Assembly (NCBI GenBank): GCA_036785375.1
Contig: JAWMAR010000030.1
Location: forward strand, 7,316,001-7,380,000
Reading direction: 5' to 3'
Source of the DNA: Leucoraja ocellata
Taxonomy: Eukaryota
DNA: 64,000 nt
The position numbers and the translations under genes are program-made. The stretch's first letter is position 1, and every line of letters starts with the position of its first letter. This document shows, piece after piece, positions 1 to 13,179 of the stretch. The notes under the pieces were generated by a model that was given only the letters and a program-made list of their open reading frames with translations, ran no database searches and had not been told where the DNA came from.

Positions 1-123
1 AATACCCTTTGGTGCTGCGGGATTATTTTGTTACACTTGGAATCTCGGATGTGTAATTCTCTTGTGTTCACAGTAATGTTTCAGAAGCTTGTTAGTTTAT
101 TCCTTTGTGTTCTGACATTGCAG

Positions 124-3116
124 AGTTGCATCGGAGTGAAAGTGTGCAGGAGAAGCAAGCGAAGGAGGCCAGGACAAAATGCAAGACCATCGCATCTCTC
201 CTCACCTCTGCACCAAATCCTCACTCAAAGGGGGTTCTTATGTTTAAGAAGCGCCGTCAAAGGGCAAAGAAGTACACCCTCGTTAGTTATGGAAGTGTAG
301 ACGAGGAGAAGCAGAGTATGGACGAGGACGGGGAACTGCTGCCTACCAGTGAGTCTGAATTTGACGAAGATGCGTTTTCTGATGCAAAAAGTTTGACAAA
401 TCAGTCAATGGGATCAGACTGGGACAGTTCTTACCTGGACATTGAAAAGCCCAAATCTGAGCCCCATGGTCTAACTGCAACCAAAGGGAAGGGCGTTATA
501 TTATTTGAACATCAGAGACAACGAGCAAAGGACTATGCATTGGAGGAACCTCCAATTCAGACACAACACAATTTACCAATGAAAGCCAAGCCAGAGGCTG
601 AAGTGATGAGGTGCAGCGCAATGAATGGAGTCCCTGCCTGGTCCAGGAGTACGACTGTGTGTGCTGGGAATCCAGCCTCGGACGCATTGAACTACTGCAC
701 AGAAATGAATCTGTCGCCAATAGTACGTGCAGAGACCAGTTACCCAAGGCCCAGTGAGCAGCACCATTCACAGCACACCGTACAAGGTCCCCCTAGCCTA
801 CCTGGGGTGGCAAATTGGACAGCAAGACCATTTACTCCAGGGTGTCAACAGAGCCATGTGAGTCCTGTACACTCTGTCTGTGCTCCAGTGCTGTATCGGC
901 AAGGTGCAGCAAATACAGCTCCTGTCAAACCCTGGGAACAAGCTGCTGTGCAAAACAAACCAACAAAACCTTTCTCACCTCCAGCAGCGGTAGTCTCCAG
1001 GCCAACTGTGAATGCCATCCCTCAACCTGAACTAATGAAAGCTTCAGTGCCAATGAGAATGGGAACACATTATTTGCCAGCAGCTGTTTTAATATCAGCA
1101 CCACCACCACCACCACCTGCTGTGATGCCACATCCACTTCTTGTGATGTCACCACCACCTGCTGTGATGTCACCTCCACCTGCTGTGATGTCACCTCCAC
1201 CTGCTGTGATGTCACCTCCACCTGCTGTGATGTCACCACCACCAGCTGTGATGTCAGCTCCACCTCTTGTGATGTCACCACCACCTGCTGTGATGTCACC
1301 ACCATCTGCTGTGATGTCACCACCATCTGCTGTGATGTCACCACCACCTGCTGTGATGTCACCACCTCCTGCTGTGATGTCACCACCTCCTGCTGTGATG
1401 TCACCACCACCTCCTGTGATGTCACCACCTCCTGTGATGTCACCACCTCCTGTGACGTCGCCTCCACCTTCTGTGATGTCACCACCTGCTGTGATGTCAC
1501 CTCCACCTGCTGTGATGTCACCACCAACCACAGTCATGTTACCATCGTCTACATCAATGACAACAGAATGCACAGCGATGCCAACAACGGCCGCGGTGAA
1601 CTCGCCAAAGCCAGCGGTGATGGTGTCATCAATCATAGCGATGTCACCACCATGCGCAGCAAGGTCAGCAGATTGTACCATGACATCACCACCAGCTGCA
1701 GTGATGTCACCACCACCGGCAATGATGTCGCCACCACCTGCAGTGATGTCACCACCACCATTGATGACGTCACTATTCACAGCAACTCCATATTCGCCAC
1801 CTCAGGCTCCGGTCATCAGCACCGCTACCTTTCGCGTTTCCTCAACACTGCTGCCACAGAAAAGGAGCGAAGCCCCTTCTGAAGCCGTAGTGAACGCCCC
1901 TTCCATTGCGAGCACATCATCAACAGCTTGGACATCCAACCAGCCATCTGAGAGCTTGGCCACAAGAGAGCAACGAATTTCAGTGCCTGCTTCTAAAACT
2001 GGCATCTTGCAAGAGTCACGCCGCAGAAGCACCAGGAAGCCGATGTTTACAAAGACTGAACAGAAAAAAACCTCACCAAACCCTGAACTTCTTTCTATGG
2101 TACAAAATCTGGATGAAAAGAAGCCAGATCACATTGGAGCAGGATTTGAATCAGGACCTGAAGAAGACTTTTTGAGTCTTGGTGCCGAAGCTTCTAACTT
2201 TATGCAGTCTCAGGCACGCAGGCAAAGTATACCTCCTCCTGTAGCCCCAAAGCCTCATTTAAAGCCTCAGTTAGTTGGCAGTTGTTATCCAGTGGTGAAT
2301 GGAACCAATACACCAGCAACCCTGCAGTTGAAAGGAAAAGGAGCAGAACTTTTTGCAAGGAGACAAAGTCGCATGGACAAATTTATTGTTGATTCAGTGC
2401 CAACCCACTCTTCCCAGCCAAGAGGACCATCTCCCACTCCTTCCCTCCCTGCCACGTGGAAATATTCTCCCAACATCCGGGCTCCACCACCAATTGGTTA
2501 TAACCCCATTTATTCCCCATCATATCCATTAGCAGCCAGCAAGTCCCAAACAATCCCTAAAGCAGAGAAGAAGTGGAGGCCAGGTGGGAACCAGAAGGTT
2601 GGAATAAAAGCCATTGATTTCATGAGACGTCAGCCTTATCAATTAAATCCGGCCATGTTCAGTTGCGATGAATCCACCGTGAGATCACAAGGGTGGTCAG
2701 GATGTGCTCCAACCACGCCACAAGGCCAACAATCCTTTATCTCCACAAAGCAGGTCCCTGTGAAGACAGCAAGAGCGTTCGAGATCAGACGCTTCTCAAC
2801 CCCAGTGCCGACTATCACTACCACAGTTATTGCCCCGCGGTCAGCCACCACACTCGCTGAACCCGTGTGGATGTCGGCGCCAAACTCCCCCCCACCGGTA
2901 TCAGCCAAAGTATCTTACAGCAATGGGCTGGCTCACCAACACTGGAGAGCAGCTGGAGACAGTTCGGAAGTGGCCTTTGAACCATCAGTTCTTCAATTCC
3001 CGTCCAGGGAAGATATGCAAAAGAAGCCATCGGTTCCCACCCCTAGACCGAGGTTCTCAGCTGTGAAAGGTGGAGGCGGTGGTCATACATGGAGACCTGG
3101 GTCAATCCAGGAATGA
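124..3116 (+). CDS. SYNPO2L: Synaptopodin 2-like (CHAP), last coding exon; upstream exons lie outside the window
   Basis: Acceptor tctgacattgcag|AG at 123/124 (phase 1), open to TGA 3114-3116. The translation has SYNPO2L-type motifs KCKTIASLLTSAPNPHSKGVLMFKKRRQRAKKYTLVS, SESEFDEDAFSDAKSLTNQ, ESGPEEDFLSLGAEASNF, KGAELFARRQSRMDKF, WKYSPNIRAPPPIGYNP and C-terminal PRPRFSA..HTWRPG. ASLL/NPHS/RRQRAKK favour SYNPO2L over SYNPO2, and the gene lies next to MYOZ1. Confidence 0.93.
1143..1763 (+). repeat. Coding minisatellite, 21-nt unit gtgatgtcaccaccacctgct = VMSPPPA
   Basis: About 19 tandem units at 1143-~1532 and about 4 more at ~1680-1763; a few units are 18 nt and the frame is kept throughout. 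Confidence 0.97.
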
Positions 3117-4017
3117 AAGAATGTTTGTGCATTCTTGATTCTGAGTGGATAGGTGAAGATTTTCCAACAGAAAGAGGACCCTGATCCTGAAAGAAAAGGA
3201 AGATTTACATTTATATAATCATTTCTCTGGACCTCATGACACCCCAAATTATTTGACAGTTTTGATGTGCGTCCCAGTGTAGTAAGTACCGCTGCCAACC
3301 TTTGTGCACAGCAAGCTCCCATGAGTAGCAATATGATGGTCACCAGATTATCTGGTTTTAGGTTTTAGTTGTGGGGTAGATTATTAGCTAGGGTGCCCAG
3401 GTTTTCCCCCCATGTTTTTTTTTTGTTTCAAATTGGCACCGTGCCCTCTTGAACATTCATCCAAGTGGGGCAAATGAGGTGGTCTCTGTAGGACCCCTGG
3501 TAGCGCAGAGCTGTTTCAGTCCTGCACTGGCTTCTGTTTTCATGCAGTCAAGTCTCTGAGAGGGACAAAGACTCACGCATTCAAGAACGCTGCCACTTAC
3601 ATCTAAAGAACTGCCATTCTAAATCTAAGCGATTTTTCATAGAGCTCTATAATAAGGATTTACGACCATATAATGTTGTTTAACATTTAATAGTTAATTT
3701 TTTTGCATTAACTGCAAGAATAGACCTCGTTATATCCAAAAAATACAGCGGAGATGGAGATGGGGGGTCATCTTGAGGTCTCACTATGCATTGCAATTCT
3801 TTATTAGAAGCTGTCAGAGTTTTGATTGATAAAACACAGTGGGTCACAGAATGAAATATCTTTCTTCCCAGAATATCTCCTTTGGAACACAAAGGAAGCA
3901 CGTTTTGCAATTAGCTGAATTTGTACCGTGTAGTGTGACATTGATATATTTATGAAATATTATTTTTCAGTGCACATGGAATTCCATTTTTTACTGTGTG
4001 ATAAACAATACATACAT

Positions 4018-4023
4018 ATTAAA
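4018..4023 (+). terminator. Candidate SYNPO2L polyadenylation signal ATTAAA
   Basis: ATTAAA about 900 nt after the stop, following an AU-rich UTR-like stretch; not verified. Confidence 0.4.
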
Positions 4024-6754
4024 TGTTTCAGCCGAACAAGCAGAAATTCCCAGAGCAATGGAAAAGGATTTCAAGAGTGAATGTTTTCAGAGGAATATAT
4101 GGATTTGGTTAAGTTCCTGGTGGTGGTGCCTTGCGCGAGTTATGAATGATCACACCAACAATCGCAGGCACGTGACAATAGAATTTAATTGTTATTACTG
4201 TTCTGCAGCAGACTGTGATTATGATGACATTTTGGGAGGTAAAGATAAACATCGGGAGATTCTCAGGAAAATCCAACACAAAATGGTTTCTCAGTCAAAT
4301 GCTGTATCTGCAATTGAGGAAACAGAACCAACTCCGGCGCGGTTGATTGTCAGTTTAGACTTGTTTCCAAATTAATCTTCCATTTATATAAAGGGTGACT
4401 GAGTTGTCAATGATCTGGCACCATCCTCTCAAGTGGAGTTGAGCTTTAATTTATCAATTGTGTAATACCAGTTAGCTCTTCAGGATAGGTGCAATGTCCA
4501 TCCACTCCACTACACGGACAAATTTCCCATTGTTGCCACCTTTAGATATTGTTTAATTGTCCAACTGGAATGAAGACGTCATCACCTGAGCACACACTGA
4601 GCTGATCAATCATGTGCCGTGCTTCAGATGTAAACACCACTCTATCAAAGGACAAAAATTGCTCCGATAAACTGCTCTGACACATTTCAGTGGGAAAATA
4701 CAAATTGTATTATTTATTCAAATCACGCAATTTGTTCCTAAGTCATACCCGGGCAGAGCCAAAATACCAACCGTAGATCTTATTATTGATAACAACGTAC
4801 TCTTAATGATAAAGCTAATTTTTGGATGCTAGAGTGCAAAATGTGCAGTGCTATTCTTAAACAAGTGATATAAAACTGACTGTATATGTTGCTAAACAAT
4901 TAAGATGAATGAAGACTGTGGTTACGTTGTGATGATATGAAGTAGCTATGGTCAGAAATTATGGAATCGATTGGAAATGCAAGGAAGAGTGGATCAGATG
5001 GGACATGGGTGATCTTGGTTTCTGTATGTAGAGATGGGAAGCAGAGTAAATGGAACTGGGGATTAGTTCAATGATTTGAGCTGGTTTAAGGTGTAATGTT
5101 CGATAATGCAAGGGTTAATAATTTGCAAAGATTAATAATTTGTAGATGTTTTCTTCATGCTATGGGTTTTGCCCAACCACTGAGACTTAACACATATTGG
5201 AGTTCAGTAGTGAAAATCTTCACTTTTTGCAATTTCACACAAAACTGATAAGTGCCTTGATTATTAGCATTGCCAAACTGAAGAGTTTAATATCAGTTTT
5301 GGCTTGCAAAGCTACTGTGATTTGAAAGCCGTAAATCTCACCTGCTTTACTGTAATTCTCCATCATCACTAATTTGCATTTAGCTTTGAAGAAAATGGGC
5401 TCAGGAGATTGACGGTAACTCGTGTTCTTGTTCGATTGCTCTCTTCATGTGTCCTAGTGAGACTCTACACAAAACATTCAGCAATGGATAAATACCAAAT
5501 CATTCAATAATTACCCGGAAATCAAAGGGAAAAAAATATTGGATCTGGAAATATGAAATAAAAACAAAAACTGCTTGAAATGCTCATTGGCATTAATTCT
5601 ATTCCTCATCACAAATAAACAATAACTCTGGATCAGGCTTTCGAGATGAAGTTCCATTGCCAAGCTGTTGACCTTAAATAGTTAATTGTTTTTTCCCCAG
5701 ATAAGCTGCCAGGCTTTCCCAGCACCTTTTGTCTTTAATTCTCAGTCATTTCCAGACACAGGCTCCTTTACAGGGTCTGAGTGCTTTGTTCGGAGTGTCT
5801 TTGGAGTGACAGATTTTCCATAAACGAATAACATGCATATCCCCTTATAGGTTTTAGAGCACTTTGGCTATTGTAAGTGAAGCAACACAGCTCTGCACTT
5901 TACGAAAACCAATAGATGTGTCTTATTCATTAGATGTTTAGCCTTACTTTGTGCAAATTATATGCATTTCTTGCAGTTTTAATGTTCAAACTGTGCTATG
6001 TATGCTGATGTAAAATAATAAAATGTGAATAATTGATACATTTGAAGGTGTTGTGAGAATGAATATGTGACTAGCAGGTGTGGAGTGGGTTACAACTGCA
6101 TCTTTGGAACAAACTAAGGTGGGCGATGATGGACATTGTTTGGCTCTTTTCAAAGGAGCTGGATCATTGTCGTCCCAGGAATATCGACATATCAAAACAC
6201 AAGCACAACTTTTGTTCTTTCTTGCTCTAAGTGTGAGTCTTCCAGGATGGTCCAGAATCTGCAGGAATTGCAATTCTACAAGAAATTGCTGGATGAAACG
6301 CTGGGAAAACAAATTTCAGGGACAACAAAAATATATAACAATGTAGGGCAAATAGATTGCTTGAAGAATGGAGATTATGCAAAGAAATCCCCAGGAATAT
6401 ATCTGTCCAGAACTGATAACTGATAATTTCCTTATTTGAAGAAAGTTTATTTGCTGCAAAGATGGGGACAATTTACCTTTTTCCTTTTTTTTAATTGGAT
6501 GTGGGCATTCCTTTTAATGACACATCCCTAATTATCCTAGAGAAGGCTTCTCAGAAATTGCTTTCTTGAGACCTTCTGATGAAGGTACACCATCATGCTG
6601 TTGGTTCAGTTCCAGCTTCTGTGGCAAAGTAGGGATGGGAATTATGTTTTCAAGTCTGAATAGTCTATGACTTGGAGTAGAAAACCTGCAACTGGTGGCA
6701 TTCTCTTACATCTATATGCTTCTACATAGCAAAGATTGCTATGTAGAAGCATAT

Positions 6755-7310
6755 TGGTGTTTAGAAGAATGAAGGCTTACCTTATTGCAACATATAAGGT
6801 CCCGGTGAACCCCTTACTTTAAAAAGAACATGGTAACATTGGAGGCTGTCCACAGGAGATTCCATGGACAGGATTGTCCTAGAAGAAAGGTTAAATGGTT
6901 TGGTTTCATTCCTTAGAGTTTAAAAAACTGAGGCATGACTTTTTCAAATCTAGAAGATCTTAAGGGGGCTTGGCAGGGTAGATATTGGGATGTTTTCACT
7001 AGTAGAGAGTCATGAACAAGGTTACAAGATAAGAGATCAATCATTTAAAAACTGAGATACAGGGAAATTCTTCTTTCAGAAGGTAGTGAATGTCTGGAAT
7101 TATTTTCTCCTATGATGGCCAGATATATTTTAGATATATTTATATAATATGATAAATATTGACAGATCAAGGAATTGAGGACTAAGGGGAATAGGTACAG
7201 AAGAGGAGCTGAGATCAGTATAGATCAGCCGTGGTTGTGTTGAATGGGGGGGGGGGGGGGGGGGGGGGCAAGTTTGGGACCTGATGGCCTACTTGTGCTT
7301 CTCTTTCCAT
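6755..7310 (+). mobile_element. Degenerate CR1-type LINE 3' fragment
   Basis: Decayed GLYSLEFRR/RNFFSQRVVNLWN-like remnants and CR1 tail (gatcagccgtggttgtgttgaatgg...gatggcctact), with an internal poly-G run at ~7245-7268. Confidence 0.7.
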
Positions 7311-9137
7311 GTGTCCTTGTAAGGGTTTTACTGAGGTCACCTTCACACACCGGGATGTCGGGTTCACTGAATTCTTAACGTGGTAGGTTCTGAACTCTTA
7401 CTTTCCTGTATTTTATGATTCCAATGAGCTGATCACAAAGTTGGCTACACGCCAAACTTGTAGATGGTGGAAGGGCTTTAAGGAGACTTGCCGGAGCCTT
7501 GATGACTGGGAATGAAGGGGAATTCCATCCACGACGGAGGGATTTGCTCGTCTGTTTTGGGCACAGCCTTTCCCATTGTGAGGTGACGGGGGCACAGCAG
7601 GGTCTTGTTTGTGCTGGCAATACTTCCAACAAGGCGCAGCAGGCAGACGGATATGTAGCAATCCATCGTCAGCTCGCAACTGCCAGGTTCCCTGCTGCCT
7701 CGGAGCAAGGTGACGTAAGGGATAAAATTACCTCCAGCGATGGACAGAATGAAATCAAAGTAGGAGTCAAACATGAAGGGAACTGCGAACCTGTCACAAA
7801 ACATACAAGTAATATTGACCGGGCAGCTGTCATGAATACCAACAGGGGCAGTAAACATACTCTAGCATTGAGCTCAAGGAGCAGGTTAGCACATCATATA
7901 ATAATATGAAGCGTTGCAACCCACCATGTGATAGTGCACCACTGACAGTATGTTGTATGAGACCACACCACTAGTGAACAGTGTGGCAGTGGACAGGATA
8001 CAACAGTGGATAGGACGTGTGACTGAACTGCCAGACAGTGTTCTGTGTGACAGTAGACAGGGTGGGAGGGTACACTGCCTGATGGTACATAAAGTGAGAG
8101 TGCACTCGCTGATGGTGTATAATGTGAGAATTAGCAGGGGGTGACGATAGATAGAGTTCCACCTAACAAGGGGACTGCCAGGCAGTGCTCGGCAAGGGAG
8201 TATGTCAAATACATTTCATGTCAGTACAGTGTGACAGAACACAATCTGATGGAGCAAACCCTGTATGAGGAGAGAATGAGTGTGACAGGGCACTTGTTTT
8301 GTGTCTAGAACAGGTGATATTATTCTGCTCAACGAATGCCAGGGCAACATGTGACAGTGCAATGTATGAAGGTGATGCACTGTTTAATTTGACCAAACAT
8401 CGAGTGACGATAAACATTGATTTGAAAATAAAAGTGTGTTTACATATTTACAATATATCCATTTCCATCAGAATATATACTGTATATAAATCAAATTAAA
8501 ATTAAAACACAAGCAATCTAGTGACGGTGCAGCTTTCAATACTAACAATAATAATTTCAATAATAAATGTTAGCATCAAGTGTGACAATGCACCTTGTGA
8601 AAGAAAGAGCATAACTTGTGCTGTGTAAAAATAATGTGAAAGTGCCACAGTGAAGCATGTGAGAGAACAAGAGAGCAAGATGTGACTGACGACAGGGCAG
8701 CCAAAAAGCTCTTGACAATCACATTGGTACAATGCATTATGTGATTTTGTAACAAGACGGTTTGCTGGAACAAAGTACGACAGTGTGATGTGTGACACTG
8801 CTGGGCATGGCTGTGGAATAATACAATGCGACTCGACAGCACAGCTTGCAACACTACAGGCTGATGGAGCAATGGGTTTCAGTGCGCCATTTGATAACAA
8901 AACAGTGGAACATGACAGGGCCACATAGGAACAAGCAGCATTTGAGAGAATAACATGTGATAATGCAACAGGTGACAACACAACATTCAATGGCATGACA
9001 TACATAACAGAATGCATGACAGCACAAAATATGGCAGCGAGATGTTTGTCAATGTGACAACACTGTATGCGACAATGGAACAAGTGGTCTGCTGCCCGGA
9101 CCTGTGAATGGCCACCCAACAGAAGGTTATATCAACT

Positions 9138-9265
9138 GCCTGAAGAAGGGTCCAGACCGAAAAATCGTTTGTCCATTTCCCTCCACAGATGCTGCCTGAC
9201 CTGCTGAGTTCCTCCAACAGTCTGTTTTTGTGCTCAAGATTCCAATATCTGCATTATCCAGTGTC
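9138..9265 (+). mobile_element. Penelope-derived terminal-repeat (pLTR-like) fragment
   Basis: ctgaagaagggtccagaccgaaa...cagatgctgcctgacctgctgagttcctcc matches the family whose GIY-YIG-linked copy is at 54103-54685. Confidence 0.7.
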
Positions 9266-9894
9266 TCCTTTGACCAACCTGCCCTCCTCAGGCACCTTAA
9301 AGGAGAGGAGCATGGAGCTGAAGTCCGACCAAACGTTGAAGAGAGCCTTTTTAAATACTTAAACTGGGGCTGAAACCTTTCACTTTCTATGTAAACACAG
9401 ACACAAACTCCTCCATACAACAAAAATATTTGAGGGGTTGGGAGTCCATGAACCAAATTAAACCCCCTGCAGAGCATCGCTCTGTGTAATTCTCTCCATC
9501 CCAAGTCTGTAAAGGGAGAGGGCACACATGGAGGAAGACCTTCACTGGGGCTCCATCCCCTTTAATACCTAATGGCAAAACAGTCTGAAAGGGCAGGTCC
9601 AGATTGCAGATAAGAGTAATGAATTGGAGAGTATGCAGGAGTAACCTGCACAGGAAATGCTTCTATGTGGTTTGGAAGAGCACAGTAGTACATTCATAGC
9701 TCATATTCAAAGGTTCAAAGGTTATTTTATTGGTCACATACACCTAGGTGTAGTGAAATGCTTCTTGCCAATGCAGCACATAAAGAAAGAATACAGACAT
9801 AACAGTAATAAAGAAATTTAAACATAAAAACTCCCTCCCACAATGGTTCCCATTATGAGGGAAGGCACTATGAATCATAAAGGAATATGAATAT

Positions 9895-10700
9895 TAGGAA
9901 ACATTCTCTTCAGCCGATCTCGTCCATGGTGACCAAGATACCCTAATCTTATTTTCCTGTTTTTGCCAATATGCCTCTAAATCTTTGCTATCCGTGTACC
10001 TGTCCAAATGTTTTTTAAACATTATAATTACACCTGTCTCTGTCACTTCATCTGGCAGCTCATTCCATAAACCCACCATCCTCTGTGTGAAAGACATGTC
10101 TCTCACATCTTATAGTCATAGTGATACAGTGTGGAAACAGGCCTTTCAGCCCACCTTGCCCACACCAGCCAACATATCCTAGCTACACTAATCCCACCTG
10201 CCCATGATTCGTCCATATCCCTCCAAACCTGTCCTATCCATGTACCTGGCACACTGTTTCTTAAAAGTTGGGATAGTCCCAGCCTCAACTACCTCCTCTG
10301 GCAGCTTGTTCCATGCACCCACCACCCTTTGTGTGAAAAAAGTTACCCCTCAGATTCCTATTAAATCTTTTCTCCTTCACCTTAAACCTATGTCTTCTGG
10401 TCCTCGATTCACTTACTCTGGGCAAGAGACTCTGTGCATCTACCCGATTTATTCCTCTCATGGTTTTATACACCTCTATAAGATCACCTCTCATCCTCCT
10501 GCATTCCAAGGAATAGAGTCCCAGCCTGCTCAACCTCTCCCTATAGCTCAGACCCTCCAGTCCTGGCAACTCGTAAACCCAATCATTCTAAATCTTCTCT
10601 GTACCCTTTCCATCTTCTTTAAATCCTTCCCCTCGCACCTAAACCTATGCCATCTAGTTTCCATCTGCCTACCATGGGGGAAAAAACAGTGACAATCTAC
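9895..10700 (-). mobile_element. Cluster of nested CR1/HER1-like LINE 3' fragments
   Basis: Minus-strand ORFs PGLEGLSYRERLSRLGLYSLECRRMRGDLIEVYK..RNLRGNFF (10285-10569) and FTQRMVGLWNELPDEV (9894-10106). Confidence 0.88.
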
Positions 10701-10953
10701 TGTGCTATCTATGATCTTCAGAATTTTTTAAACCTCTATATCACTCATAACCTTCTCCAAAGTCCATTTAGACGTTGCCTGCTGCCTTGCCCTCATGAAT
10801 CCTCTGTTACCTCCTCAAAAAACACAATCAATTTTGTGAGATATGGTTCCCCCACAAAGAAAGCCATGCTAACTATCACTAATCAGGCAAACGCAGATAA
10901 ATCCTGTCCCTCAGAATCCCTTGCAATAACTTACCCACCACTGATGTCCACCT

Positions 10954-11092
10954 AAGGTAGCCTGAAGAAGGGTCTCGACCCGAAACATCACCCATTCCTT
11001 CTTTTCAGAGATGCTGCCTGACCTGCTAAGTTGCACCAGCATTTTGTGTCTCTACCCTCGATTTAAACCAGCATCTGCAGTTCTGTCTTCCA
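10954..11092 (+). mobile_element. Penelope-derived short insertion with 15-bp TSD
   Basis: ctgaagaagggtctcgacccgaaac core; flanked by cactgatgtccacct (10939-10953) and cactgatgttcacct (11093-11107). Confidence 0.8.
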
Positions 11093-12429
11093 CACTGATG
11101 TTCACCTCACAGATCTGCAGTTCCCTGGCTTGCTCTTGCAAGTGGATCAATGGCCTCTTTCTATCCTGTCCAACACAAAATACAATGAAGCATCACGTGA
11201 CAGCAGCATACAGCAACATTAGATTGAGAGATAGTGCAATAGTGCAACATGTGAAAGCACAGCATGTAACAAGAGCCTGCTCAACCTGAGACCGTATTAG
11301 AGTCACTCTGTGGTGATATTTTGATTAATTGCAGGGCAACATAATTATCTGTCTCCAATCAGTACCACTTAAGCCCCGACTGTTGGCAGCAAACAGAACG
11401 CTAGAGAGCAAGTGGACTCGAGAAGGTCACAGCCGGGAACAGGTGCATGAAGCTGGATTCCAGAGCAGGAGATAGGTTGCTGGATAAGAATAATAACATT
11501 CTTTATTCCAGAAATACTGTATACTATTTGCATTTGGCTCCAATTTGGCTATTTTTGCCCATGAGATACCCGTTTTCATTTATTATTCTCCTGGTAGCAA
11601 GTTGCAGTGGAAAAGCAGTTGTTTGCATGCTATCCGATCAAATCACATTGTATATGAATATAATTAAGCCATACTCAGGCAGAAAAGATGAAGCAAAGAG
11701 AAAAATGCCAGAGGAGGAAAAATACAGTTGTGTGTTGCTCTGGTAAATAATACCTGGATTACAGTCCAAGTAGGAGAAGATGCGTAGATTTAAACATGAA
11801 GAAAGCAACAAACAATCTCCGCAGCTCCCCTTCATGAAGAGTGACACAAGGGCCACAAATATGATGCAGGCCCACCATCATTATGCAGGCTCTCAACAAG
11901 AGCGCCCCTCTTTCCTTCTCTCTCATAGCTCTGGAAACTATGACTTATTAAAATTGCCTTTGGAATTTTCCACTGAATTTCCTTTCATAGTTCCGTGACC
12001 TGGATCATTATAAATGGATAAACTTGTTCTCCTTGTCTCCCCTTTGGTTCTCGTACGAATCACCTAAAATCTGTGTTAGCTCCTAAGCTTCCAGTGTAGG
12101 CAATATTTCATTACCTTTCATTTCATCGTGCCTTTCCAATATGACTCTTTTATAATAATTGAACAACAAAATAAAGCATCAACGGAACCATGTTACAATT
12201 CATAACAATATTGTTATTTCAGTATGAGTGCTTGTTTGGAGAACATATGGAGCATGGAGTAGGCACATAATTATACGATATGTACTCCACCCCATACTAC
12301 CAAACGTCACTGCTCTCCCTCTCCCCGTCTCCATTTTTCCCAATATTGTCAATGCATCATCGTTTTCAATTTTCAATACGCAAAGAAATCTCTCCAAATG
12401 CCAACTTAAAATAAATTTCTACTTTACAC

Positions 12430-12760
12430 TTCCTCGTACTCTCGGTCCCTCACCTTTCCCTCTCGTTTTCATCCACCTTCTTTCTCTTCCTATCCACCCA
12501 CTTTTTCCTCACCCTCTCCTAACCTCTTTCGTTATTCTCTCGCTCTGTCCTTCTTCCTCCCTCGCTATCCCTGTCGCATGCACCATTCCCCAATCCCCAT
12601 CCCCTCTTCTCACTCTCCTTCCTTTCTCCTGATCTTTACCTTTCTCTCTACCTTTCTCTCTCTGCCCCCTCCGCATATCTATCCACATTTATCATGCCCT
12701 CTCTATCCTTCCTCCCGCTCCTTTCTCTTTTTTATTCCCCCTCCTCTCTCCTCTCTGTGT
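12430..12760 (+). repeat. Low-complexity polypyrimidine (CT-rich) tract
   Basis: About 330 bp dominated by C/T. Confidence 0.85.
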
Positions 12761-13179
12761 TTGTGCTTATTTTTAAAATATGTTTTATTTATTTATGTTA
12801 TTTTTATGGTACTTGACTGTAAGGAAAATCCATCTCGTTGTCTCTTATGAAATAATGACAATAAATTGAATACAATACAATACAATACAATCCCTTAAAA
12901 TTTCCCTTATTGCTACCTCATTCATTTTCCTCTGATACAGAGGGACATAAGAAATAAACCAGGGTAAGTCATATGGCTCAGTCCTCTGTACCATATTCCT
13001 CAAACAATCTTTGATTCCTTTAATATCCAAAATCCAACCTTCACTGTTTTGGACAGATATTGAAAGACTGAGCTTTTAGGTAGAGAATTACACACTCCAG
13101 AATAAAAAAAATGTCTTCCCATGTAAGTCCTGAATGCCTAATAAATAAAATCGATATATTAAAACATCAACTCTTAGTT

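Noticed and set aside
105-123. ORF-track start (TTG) for the 1003-aa ORF
   Set aside because: Intronic; the exon begins at the acceptor at 124.
1143-1532. CRISPR-like regular repeats
   Set aside because: Head-to-tail tandem units without unique spacers, inside a eukaryotic exon.
925-1780. Long minus-strand ORFs (VVTSQQ and GGGDITA repeats)
   Set aside because: Antisense shadows of the SYNPO2L coding minisatellite, whose unit lacks stops in those frames.
7375-7909. Overlapping 85-136 aa ORFs on both strands in unique moderate-GC sequence
   Set aside because: No recognisable domain or convincing splice-site pair; possibly regulatory, but unsupported.
8502-9119. 205-aa minus-strand ORF
   Set aside because: A by-product of the TGTGACA-rich low-complexity sequence (repeated LSH/VAL words).
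11340-11448. Alternative MYOZ1 first exon (GATA, CACTTAA, AAGGTCA motifs; CAG|GTGCAT)
   Set aside because: Weak donor and short motifs; the 17284 donor is better supported. Not excluded as a distal element.
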